From Balanoglossus misakiensis (Eukaryota > Animalia > Hemichordata), in the NCBI GenBank assembly GCA_040954595.2, contig CM082597.2, forward strand, positions 7,894,343 through 7,958,342: 64,000 nucleotides of DNA, in the 5' to 3' direction. How positions within the stretch are numbered: position 1 is the stretch's first letter; each line of letters starts with the position of its first letter. Below the pieces are notes generated by a model. The model ran no database searches and was not told where the DNA came from. It was given only the letters and a program-made list of their open reading frames with translations. This document shows, in pieces, positions 48,386 to 59,633 of the stretch. A program made the position numbers and the translations under genes.

Positions 48386-49781
48386 TTAAGCTCATTTCGA
48401 TGTACCAATCTAAGCTTATGAAAATAATGCAAAAATTCGCAGCTCCAGAAGCTTTGAGGAACCCTTTGTCATAATTGACTGTAAAACGAGCTAAAAATAA
48501 TATTGGAAAGAGGATAGAGTTGCCATGGACACCTAATTGTGTTGATGTGTTGATGTCATCTACAACACCATGGTAACAAAATACATGAGGTTATTTTAAT
48601 ACAGCGCGCAGAGCCTTATAAACGGTACACTGGGCGCGACCACTGCATAGACCACGGTGGGACCGCAGTAGATGGAAACTTGAACAAAGATGCTCTCATC
48701 AAAAGCCTGATACGACGAAGATCTGAAGATGAGGTACATAGTCATCACATTGATTGTCTTAGTTTACTGGGGACTTGAAGGTAGGTATGAAACATACTGA
48801 GCAAAAAAAATCTTGTTTTAATTATGCATTTTGTAATGTTCGTATGCGTATGTGTCTATTTTATCAGTAACAGTACAGTAGGTGTATGTATATATTTTAT
48901 CAGTGGCACCTTTTTTGCCCAGTCTCCCACATTGTCATCCAGATTGTACCGGTATATATCTTGCTGGCTCTCTCTGTTGCTATGTCTCTCTGTTAAACTG
49001 ATCATGCATTCATTGTAAAATCATGAAGAGCCCATTTCAGGAGGGGAGTGGGAGGGGAGACAAAATACTGCCTAAGTTGGTTCATCGGTTTATACCGATC
49101 TGTGAAGACACAGTGTTGTGTTTCTTCATGTAATATCAATTGGAGATTGTGAGCATTTAATGTTTGATTGCAATGCTGTCTATGTTGTCGAGATCTCACC
49201 ACAACGAGTGGCACTCAAACGAAACCGCCGGCCCATGAAAAATATTCGACCTGAAGATACGGCAAGGTTTATTGTTAAAGCATTGACGTGAACATTTACA
49301 AGAGTGTTAGGAATTGTGCAGCGAACGGTGTATACAAGAAATGCTAAATCATGTCTGGTCGTCTGTCCTCGAAGAGAAAACTATTCATGAATTAAAGAAG
49401 TAAGACTTATTTTTCAATGTTAAATGAATCTCCCGATGTTAGCATTACCGAACAGTTGACTCTCAACTGCAGGGTTCTTAGATTCTGACGGATACTTGTC
49501 TGTAAAATTTCTGAAAATGATCGAGGAACTGAAAAAATATGCCGGCGACTTCAGCACGGCACTAAATGCAGAAACTTACCAAGCGCATCGCTGACTGTCT
49601 GCGGGGAAAAAACTTGATTGTGAGAAGTTGGTGTAGGCAACGCTGGTCTTCTTATTGGTGAGTGTAGCTATCGAGGACTCGACAAGTGGCTTCAGTTGAC
49701 TATACTTGAATTTATTTTTTTGCCTGAAGTGCTTTAGACAGTTTTGCTTCATATGGGATATGAAATAAAGAAGTAAGACTT

Positions 49782-50940
49782 CTATAATTGGTCAATTTCT
49801 GTACTCACGCATGGTTTAATTGCCGTGATGTCAATATCTTTTTGGAATACGAGACTTAGTCGCGTTACAATGGGAATAATGTCCATTAGTACGTACATAA
49901 TCGCGACGAATTTATACTGGGTCATCTTATCGTGCAGGCCGACGGCTTTCGGGTCTTTCTTTTTGTCCTGTGCGTCGAAATATGTCACCAACGCGTTCCA
50001 TGAGTGATAAATGGTATGAATGGCATCATAAAAGGCGAACCATCTCACCTCGTGAATTTCTTTAACCTTCAGTTGCGGGCTTTCCAACACGATGCCTTGA
50101 AATAGCAGAACACGTTGGTTAGAATACATTTATATTCCTTCGTATAGACATTAAAATGTTTGCTGTACGACTGTTATTTCTCGTGAATTTAATAAATATT
50201 TTTGAATTTTCGCTAAATAAAACTGTCTGCAAGGTGTGTTATTTCATGTTTCTCAAACGTTTTCACTGTAGAACGTGGGTGCGTACATAGTTATTGGCAG
50301 GTCTGTAGTCTATTGATGTGGCTGCTTGACTCGAAGGCGGTGCGCGGCCCAATGCACGTTCATTAAAAACGGATTCAAGTCCTTCAGTTTGGCACTTACA
50401 CCGTTTTTTCGTCCCACCATAACGGAAGCTCCGTCGCTTCCGAGGCCGACAATTTTCGCGGTGTCGAGAATAGAGCTTGCGTCTTTTTCATCGAGACGAA
50501 GGTTTCCAACAATGTTCGATCGAACGTCAAAGTTTCCAGTCACACTGCGGATGTACAATACTAACCGTCCGGTCATCGATATGTCCGTACTTTCATCGGT
50601 TAGGAAGATTAAGAAATCGCATTTGCGGATATTATCGATAAACGTTGACTTTTATGGCGTCGGCACACGCCTGCTGTAACTCCTCCGCAGTTGTATGTGA
50701 ACGATACGAGGCGTTACCTGCAACATTCAAACGTTTCACAAGTTCACAGCCACTGGCATCCAACAGATCCAGTAACGATGAGTATTTGTCTGTTGCCACC
50801 GCCTCCTTTGCTAGCCAATATACACAGTTTATGGCGACAAGAATAGCATCTTGCTTTTTTGTCAGAGCATTAGATACAGCCATCTTCATGTCTGAGCGGA
50901 GTGTTATTTCTTGATGTTTTCCACTTGCATCGTGTCGCAT
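49782..50940 (-). pseudogene. hAT transposase remnant (ZNF862-like)
   Basis: VYWLAKEAVA, GLGSDGASVMVGRKNGV, VHWAAHRL (CxxH decayed), EVRWF; several frameshifts and deletions. Confidence 0.85.
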
Positions 50941-51362
50941 GGGCGGCGACGTTTAATAATTAGTAAATCCTTTATCACAAGAAACTCTGCTCCTGAAGAA
51001 ACATGGATGTTGTAGTCATGCACAGTGTAGCATATTTTAGAAACACAAAACATATGGTTACTTTCAAAAATTACCCAAGTTTGAACCTATTAATTGGGAG
51101 AGCAGTAACTTGTGTATTGTACATTTGTTAATGTTAAAAAAAATCTTGTAAAAGTTAATTTATTGCATTTCTACACATAAAATACCGTTTATTTATTTTG
51201 GCGAGATTTGTACTCTCATATCCTGAAAAGGACATCTGTTGACACAAGAGAGTGGTTTCAGTGTGATGCATTCTTATCAAACCATTTTCAATGTTGAATC
51301 AAAAGTTTCATCGCGTCAATAAACTGATGATTTTGCTTTCATGACAAACTTTTATGTTTCAG

Positions 51363-52162
51363 TTTTAAGCCATGCAGATGTCCGTTTAGTTGGTGGCTCC
51401 ACTGTGAATGAAGGGCGGATTGAAGTTTATTATAACGGATCTTGGGGGACAGTTTGTGATGATCTTTTCACTGAGGTCAATGCAGAAGTTGTTGGTCGAC
51501 AGTTACGAATCAGGTGGGTACAAAAAATGACTACACACACTTTTAAAAGAAAACGTGTTTTGTCCATGTTTCAACAGGAAATATCATTATTTACAATGAA
51601 ATTTCAGTAGAATGAGAACAAAGCTAAGAATGAAAATATTCCACTCTCCATTTCATTGTATATTAAGCTCAAACTGTAACAACATCTTAAAACAAACAAA
51701 ACAAAATCAAATCAAATCTTAAATTAATTTGTTCCCCCAAATAATGCTAATAAACTTAAACATGCACATCTCATTCAGAAAAAAAAAGGTTATGAGAGGC
51801 TGTTATGGCTATTAAATTGAAAGATCTTTTGTGCCACATTGAATGGTCAAAATATCTTTCAAATAATATAATTACAACTTATAAGAAACAGTGTTATGTA
51901 CCATCTATGGGACGCATGTGAGAAGTTTACTTTTGTTTGCTAAATGCTGATGCTCATTGCAAGCTCCAATTACATTTAACCCGCAGTTGCGACGAAGGCT
52001 TTTCATTTCAAGTAACGCAATCTTTCGGGGAAGGTAGTGGCCAGATCTGGTTGGATGATGTCCAATGTACTGGCACTGAGAAGTACCTGGATGAATGTGT
52101 CCACAGTGGTTGGGGAACCAGTAACTGCCAACACGAAGAAGATATTGGTATGTTTTGCGCTG
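51363..52162 (+). CDS. SRCR domain split over two exons (51363-51513, 51987-52162)
   Basis: [28 protein letters not shown]... / [19 protein letters not shown]...[20 protein letters not shown]; phase 2 internal intron; conserved VCRQL reads VGRQL. Confidence 0.8.
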
Positions 52163-52306
52163 GTAAGGATATGTTACAAATTTTCTGGTGGTGGTGATGA
52201 TGCTGGTGGTGGTGATGATGTTGGAGGTGATGATGATGATGACATTGAGGACAACGACTATTATCATGATGATGATGAGGATGATACTTAAACATGCATA
52301 TTTCAG

Positions 52307-52388
52307 TTCCCATCCGCTTGGTTGGCGGATATTAAATGTATACGAAGGACAGATTGAAATGTACCACGATGGCCAGTGGGGCACAAAT
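52307..52388 (+). pseudogene. Truncated, frameshifted SRCR exon start
   Basis: tttcag|VPIRLVGG /frameshift/ NVYEGQIEMYHDGQWGT, then an abrupt switch to pre-HYR intron sequence. Confidence 0.75.
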
Positions 52389-52495
52389 TTCACTAGTAAA
52401 AGTCCCCTATTTAAGCTAAACTCTTGAGGCAAGTCATAATATATGAGTGGTAAATGTATCGGTTTATTTTTTTCTAACTGGATTCTCTTTTACAG

Positions 52496-52735
52496 ACATA
52501 GAAGATCCTAAAATATCCTGTCCAGAAAGCATAGAAGCAACAACAACCCTTATGGACTCCACTGCAGTCGTCACCTGGCAACCCCCAGATGCATCTGATA
52601 ATTCTGGAGATGTTTCTGTATCTGCGAGCCATGAGCCTGGAAGTAATTTTAACATTGGTGTGACTGTTGTGAGGTATACGGCTCTAGACCCTTCAGGAAA
52701 TACTGCTCCATGTTCATTCAATGTGGGAGTAACAG
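52496..52735 (+). CDS. HYR-domain exon, close paralogue of 1548-1787
   Basis: 240 nt, phase 1-1, nearly identical nucleotide sequence including flanking intron. Confidence 0.88.
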
Positions 52736-52909
52736 GTAAACATCCTACGAATGACTAAAATGTTAATGTTCACTAAATCCAAATTCACACAAACTTTTAA
52801 AGGGACAAAGTATTCTCACACTCCTGGCCGCTGGGAGTGTGGGATTGATCCCACACTCCGTGTTAATGCGCACACAGACAACTGTTATCTGACACGAGCT
52901 CTCATTGGA

Positions 52910-53622
52910 TATTATCATATGCCTATATTCACGTGCCCATGTAAAGTCTATGGGGAAAAGCGCCCTCACATCCGTGCAGTTTTTTTGCTTATCACGCCCC
53001 GGCCCGGTGAACATATTTGGAAGACGCGTTCAATATCCGGATCTAGTTTTGTGTTTATTGCGCGAGATTCGAAAGTTGTCGTTGCTACGTTCTGAATTTA
53101 ATTTTTCTGGTGCGGTGTCAGTGACTAGTGCACTTGCAGTGTGTGTACGGCCTATGCCGCTACCGAATCACATCCTCTTCCATAATCGCTGCATTTTGTA
53201 GAGCTTTATTTGGAAATATGAATAGTAAAATTGATGATTTGATGTAACTGTCGGCGTCGATCGTCGCGAGGAAAAATAATGTTTTGCTCGCGCTCGGCTG
53301 TGTGAGTTCGAGCGCGTCTATATCTCACGTGCAATAGAATGTAAACAAATGACATCATGCATATCAATCCGCAAAAACTGGAGGAATACGGCTCTATGCT
53401 AAGCGATTGATCATTTCAAAACGATAGATAAAAACGTAATATTTACATTCCAAAATATTACAGAATGTGTATTTTATTAGTTTCTTGTAGATTATTGTTC
53501 AATAAGGCATATGATAAAACCTTTACGGCTCTGATACGGGTTTTGCGGCCCTTTTCCCTGCGGTCGGGCGCTTCCGCCGTACGACCTCGGGCCGCAAAAC
53601 CCGTATCAGGGCCGTAAATATT
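52910..53622. mobile_element. Crypton-like non-autonomous element
   Basis: TA-ttatcatatgcct ... aggcatatgataa, followed by the hairpin tttacggctctgatacgggttttgcggccc...gggccgcaaaacccgtatcagggccgtaaa-TA. Confidence 0.7.
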
Positions 53623-53850
53623 ATTATTTTCACGATAGTAATTTTTCGTGATATCAAAAGAGGCCACTGTTTCGCGAGTATTAATTTTCGCGTTTTTTTT
53701 ATTTCATTCACTGCATCGTTATCTTCAAAAAAATTATGCAACTTTTTACTTTCACGCTATTTTGGCTCTCGCGTATTTCATGAAAATTTATTGCTCACGA
53801 AAATAACATGTCTTACAGTAATTTCATCTTGTGAAAATGTCCTGTTGCAG

Positions 53851-53949
53851 TTTATCAACCATGCATACCAGACTGTCTTAATGGAGATTTTATCAATGGT
53901 ATTTGTGTCTGCGATGACGGCTATTCTGGGCTGGATTGTGGTCTACAAG
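53851..53949 (+). CDS. EGF-like exon (third Cys reads Phe)
   Basis: gcag|VYQPCIPDCLNGDFINGICVCDDGYSGLDCGLQ|gtaaat, phase 1-1. Confidence 0.75.
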
Positions 53950-55859
53950 GTAAATCCAGACACCTTAGAAATATTGTGAATATCTTTGTCAGCTATTTGT
54001 AAAATAATACCTAGAATTATTATATATAAGTGGTTCTAATTTTTTCATGTCATTTCTTGATCCTTTGAACAAAAGAAAATATTTAAAATAGATTTGCGAG
54101 ACAAATACTAAGCTTAACAAATTCTAACTTAACCAATGATAAGAAAATATGAACTATGCTGAAAAGGGTAATTGAAAGTAGAAGAGAAATTCCAACAAAC
54201 AAACAAACAAACAGTTGATCGATCAATCGATTAATCAAGCAATCAATCACAGTCAATCTTTACTTTCAGAGTGTGATCCACCATGTTCACCAGATGGTAG
54301 GTGACTTCAAATCATTTGAACTAGCTGCATTTGTATCTGCATTTATAGTCAAAGCTTTCAGTGTAGGCCTTAGTCTGTGTGTATAGCTGACTGTTTGCGA
54401 CTGTGTATCTATACAGTACAGTGCAGCTGATTGTGTCTCTGTGTCTCTTGGAAGGCTGGCTGCATCTCATTCACTTGCAAACCAATTATCAGCTTAAAAT
54501 CAGAGGGTGTGTGCATAGCTAACAGTGTCTGCTTGATGGTGCTTGTAATAAGATCAATGCACCAAACTGCCTCTAGTCATGCAGCTAACTTGTCTTGATT
54601 GCCTATTTCATTTGTGCATCAGAATTCATGTGCCATCTACCATGGCTAGATGGTTGTTGCTTGTGTTTGTCTTTTCTGTTGACAGCTAAGTGCACAGCTA
54701 AGTGCAATTTTGTCTGTATGTCTGTCTCTGTTTGTTATTGCAAAGCTGATGGTATCTGCCAGATATATGCATGCACGTGTATCGCTGGCTGCAGTTGTCC
54801 ATGTTTGTACAAATTAATATTTGTCTGATTATGCTGTATATCTAATGTCAGCCAGCTGCAATGCATGTCCAAATACAGTGTGAAGAAGGTATATACTGTC
54901 AGGCTCTGTTGACACACATGTAGTCTAGTATCTGGCCGTATTTTGTCCGCTTTGCTTCCAGTTTTGTACTAGACTACTGTTGACATAAATAGGCAAAATA
55001 AATTTTAAACTGTAGCTCATATATTTTTAACACAAAGAATGTCCCTGATTTACATGTATTTAGTAAAACCCTACTTGTATGTCTAAACTGTACCCTGTCC
55101 AATCTGGAAACCTGTCTTGTATACCGGGTACAGAACACATTTCCTGTCTCTTTGACATAGAAACACATGTTAAAAGAACATCTATAAACTGGACACCTCA
55201 GCAAACTGAACAATTTCTTCAGTCACTCTGGTGTTCGGTTAAGACAGGATTTTACTGTATATGCAGTCCTCAGCCTACAATTGCAGTTTTGGTGTGTAGA
55301 GTCCCAAAGGGGTCTTGTTAAAGTTTTTGAAATTATTGGTCATTTTGTCCACTTTACTTTTGGTTAAAACCTCTTTTTTCAAACATTGAACATCCATTTG
55401 TTTGGAGTATTAGTTCGCAGGGTACCATGGGTATTGTTCGTTAATTATGAACATATCCAATTGGGAAGGGACCCATGTGGAGTGGGTTTGTAATCAGTAT
55501 GAGACTAAAAATAACTTCTAAATTATATGGTACCTTAGATGTTACATTTCTCATCAAATGGGATCACAATATTTGCAGTGCTTATTTATAATTTAGACCC
55601 GAGGTTACGCATATGGTAAATTCCCCACCAATTAGTGTAGATTTTGAGGAACTACTAAAATCTCCACAGTTTTAAGACTGCCTATAGACTGATCACAATT
55701 CATCTAGCAGTAAGGTGCATGTGTACTTGACGTTTCCTTCAACAGATGTTGAATGTTTTCATTTATCCATAACTATGACATTACTTTATATGAAAACAGA
55801 TATGTTGTCATGTTAACATATCATCTGTGTAATGATTGATGTCCTGTGTGTGTTTGTAG

Positions 55860-55964
55860 AGATTATTCCAGTTTGTGACCCACCATGTCAAAATGGCGGA
55901 ACTTGTCAACCTGCAGGATGTGTTTGTCTGGAAGGATATTCTGGCATGGATTGTACCAGTATTG
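55860..55964 (+). CDS. EGF-like exon
   Basis: EIIPVCDPPCQNGGTCQPAGCVCLEGYSGMDCTSI, phase 1-1. Confidence 0.85.
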
Positions 55965-56350
55965 GTAAATATAGCTATCTCTCCAAGCTTTCTTCTCTAG
56001 TTTGGTGTATCTATACAAGTGAGAACATATGAGATCAGTAGAAACACGTCAGCATGCAAGGGAGCATAGTTAACCGCAAAACAATTTCTTGTTTATGTTG
56101 GGAAATTTGTCATCCAGCTTCAACAAATATATTGATAAGGAATTCAAGCATGTGCAGATACAATGTTGAACCACAACATAGAACAATGGTTTTAAAGACT
56201 GACGATCATCTTATGCGCATGTGCCTAATTTGGTGCATGTGTACAAACATTACATTCAACCCAAGTGTTCTGCAAATATTGTGTTTGATGCATTCATATA
56301 GTGGAGTGCCTTTTCCATCCAAAGTATCTTGTTTGGCACATTTGCATTAA

Positions 56351-56926
56351 AGGTCTAATGCCATGCCCTATACAACCACGCGTAAAATCACTATTTGGGT
56401 CTTGAAGTTAACGTATGTTACTATCTTGCAATGCGTTTTGCCCCTTGTGCTTAGATAACAAGCAAGTAAAAGTGGCGAGTGGGCGTGTACCCCTAACCCA
56501 ACTCAGTCGATTTTTTTCGGCTTTTCGAAGTTAAGCCGAAGACTTATCTTGATGTGGACAAATAGTCTTTCACACCTTTGTAAATCCTCTGCCTGCAATG
56601 TGAGGCAAGGGCTTCCTTTGCTTTGAACACTGTTTATATAGCTTGTCTTTGTCTGTGGACTTAATTACTCATGGACCGATAATTACACTTTACTGTAAAC
56701 AGAATGGTACACTACAACGTAGTGTACTTGTTTGTTCATATGCAAATACCTTCGCCTGGCTCGAGTGCGAAGTGGCTCCCCGATCACAGGCATGAAAAAA
56801 GGGGGCAAATTCCGGCATTCGTGCACATTTTTCGGAACCGACACAATAGGCAATGCATAGACAGGTACCCTAGGTGAGCTTTTGACGTGGAAAAATGAAA
56901 ACTTTCCAAAGCATGGCATTAGACCT
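56351..56926. mobile_element. Kolobok-like MITE
   Basis: TTAA TSD; perfect 16-bp TIR aggtctaatgccatgc. Confidence 0.85.
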
Positions 56927-57001
56927 TTAAATGATCGTCGTCCATTAAACTAAATTAAGAATGGAAGTGAAAACTTTTATCGCATGGTTGTTTCTTGACA
57001 G

Positions 57002-57103
57002 AAATTCCAGAATGTGATCCACCGTGTCAAAATGGCGGAATTTGTCATTCTGAGGGATGTGAATGTCTGGAAGGATATGTTGGATTTGACTGTTCCATCT
57101 ATG
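57002..57103 (+). CDS. EGF-like exon
   Basis: EIPECDPPCQNGGICHSEGCECLEGYVGFDCSIY, phase 1-1. Confidence 0.85.
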
Positions 57104-57553
57104 GTAAGTATTCAATAGTAATAATACCTATCTCTTTTGAAGAATTTGAAGAGCTGCCAATCTTAGCATATTTTTATCAAAAAATTGTGCAATATTCATA
57201 TCCTTAGTAGACGGACGACACCATATTGTATATGTGAAATGCTAATATCCATGTGCACAAACAATAATAGTTGTTTAATATTGCAGTGTGGCACCTAATT
57301 ATTGTTTGCTAAGCAACTTGTTCATATCCATCATTGGGCCATTTTATGATTGAAACGAAATCATGGAAATAATGCAAAAATGGCAGTTATAGGTGCTTTA
57401 AGGATGTAAGCTATTTTATAAATTTTTCACACCAATTTTTCATGTATTATTTAGAAGTGCTAATTGCAGCAGGTATGGGTATGAGGTGCATTCATATGAT
57501 TTAGGAAAGAAAACAATGAATTACGTTGAATATAATATGTTTTCAATTTCCAG

Positions 57554-57645
57554 TTCCTCAAATATGTATACCAGAATGTCAGAATGGTGGTCTTTGCATT
57601 GAAGGAAACTGTGTGTGTTTTGAGGGCTATATTGGTATAGATTGT
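57554..57645 (+). CDS. EGF-like exon interrupted at its last Cys by an LTR
   Basis: VPQICIPECQNGGLCIEGNCVCFEGYIGIDC, then LTR sequence. Confidence 0.8.
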
Positions 57646-59101
57646 GTAAGGAACACATGTTTAGCGCCACCACAGGCAGCACAGGAGCCAGCCCTGATGT
57701 TCTTTTGTTACTGTGGGTCGGAGGTGAGAGGTGAGAGACACTCCAGGAAGGCGGGTTAGATGTGCACAGTGTAACTGCTCTGAGGAATCAAGACATCCAG
57801 TCTCCAATCCCGAGTAATCCTGTCTAAATTGATGCCTGTTACGAAGCTGGTGACGTAAAGTTACTTGTGGTTATGTCTCAAGTGAAACGGATGCTGTTTT
57901 GGCGACGTTTGTGCCTGTTCGACTCTCTGTAGCAACCTGTTGGTGACCTAACCTGAGAGAGGTTCCGAGAAGTCAAGACATCCAGTTTTCAATCCAAGCA
58001 ATCCTACCCGAACTGGTAAATATACGTAAACCCGATGACCTGAAGTACTTTATAGTTATGTCTCAACTTGGATGAGTGCCATTTTGGTGTAATTTTGGTT
58101 GAAGTGAACTCTCCAAAATAACTTGTTGATTTTGGTGTATTGTGTACGTGTCTATGCCGTCCTGTGTGTTCAACGACTGTTTCCATGATTTGCGGATGTT
58201 GCTGCAGCCAACTTGAGTTTACTGTTTTGTGTTGTATCCTGTTATCATGAACGCTATCCTGTTGTCGTGAACGCTATCCTGTTGTTTCCGGTTCCACTGA
58301 TACTTTGTGATATTTCCTAGCCAACTATTTTGTTTGTACTTTTGAAGATACCAACGCGGAACATGTGCTTTATGCAAATTAGCAGTTGCTTGCTATTTCC
58401 GTACTGTGTATTTACGTAGTTAGACTTTCATCGATCGCCAGTTTGCAAGTCCCATTTTGGTATTCTACGTTCTACGATTACTACAGTCAGCTGATTTGTA
58501 CAGATGTGGATGTCCATGCTGATTTGCTGTCGGTGATTGCCACCTGCGAAGCGAAGCCCTAGAACTGTAGTTACCCCGGCTACCGCGTTGTATCCTCTGA
58601 ATTCAATTGTGTGTATTTATTGTGAACTATAGATTTATTGATCACGAACTGATGATTTAAACTTGGTGATTACATAAAACAATACTGTAGTTGTTACTTT
58701 ACCATATATATTTAGTATTATTTATTTAATTATTATCATCTAGTATTATTTATTCTATATTTTTCTTTATTTATTTTGGTCGATTCAGTTATCATATCGA
58801 TCAAACTTTATATCAAAGACATCACAACATTGTATATTTATATAGCAATTTTGCTGAACCAGTCAGAGTATTCAGTGTATATGAACCTGTATATTGTATC
58901 TCTTTTTGTATGTAATAATTATTCTGATTATCATTGCATCATATTACGGGCTACCGAGTGTTATTTTGTTGATCAGACAACAACACCTACGCGAGCAAAA
59001 TCCCCTACGACCATGCACTAGTCATTTATTATGCAGCCCCATTCTAAATATAATTATGATTATCCTGGTGGCTTATTTGGCTTCATATGGCTTACATAAT
59101 T

Positions 59102-59119
59102 TGGCGCCCAACGTGGGGC
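59102..59119 (+). other. Primer-binding site, tRNA-Lys(CUU) type
   Basis: TGGCGCCCAACGTGGGGC, 5 nt after the LTR end. Confidence 0.9.
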
Positions 59120-59309
59120 TGTGTTGTTGTTTATGCTATGATATTTAGTTATTTACTCTTTGAGAGAAAGTGATCTTTGAATTTGTAAATCATTTTTTTT
59201 ACATTTTCCGTGATTGTACTATTGTAATTTCATTTGACTAAGACATTTGACTAGTGTGGTCAGGGATCCCACTGCATTGTTATTTTTTTTTGCATTTATC
59301 ACGGTGTTT

Positions 59310-59380
59310 TCACTTACAAACATCTTGTTGTTTGTTTAAAAAAAAAATAGTGAAGTTCACTTACAAACATCTTGTTGTTT

Positions 59381-59415
<35 letters not shown>

Positions 59416-59510
59416 GTGAACATCTTGTTGTTTGTTTAAAAAAAAAAAATAGTGAAGTTCACTTACAAACATCTTGTTGTTTGTTTAAAAAAAAAAATAG
59501 TGAAGTTCAT
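59310..59510. repeat. About 47-bp A-tract tandem repeat in the Gypsy leader
   Basis: acatcttgttgtttgttt(a)n tagtgaa repeated four times. Confidence 0.85.
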
Positions 59511-59633
59511 GCATTTCTTTTATCAAGTTTTCTTACGTTAACGTGTACTGCTACCGTACTATAGGTTGATTTGCTCACTCCAGTACAAACAAATTTGCAT
59601 TTACTGTACTTGTATTTTTGTTGTATTGCAATC

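Noticed and set aside
48600-48790. Possible promoter or first exon (TATAAA, GC-rich patch, GT donors) for the SRCR-HYR-EGF set
   Set aside because: No convincing ATG plus signal peptide; cannot be supported without transcripts.
51905-52432. His-rich, Asp-rich and Met-rich ORFs
   Set aside because: They are translations of an intronic (GAT/GGT)n microsatellite and antisense SRCR sequence.
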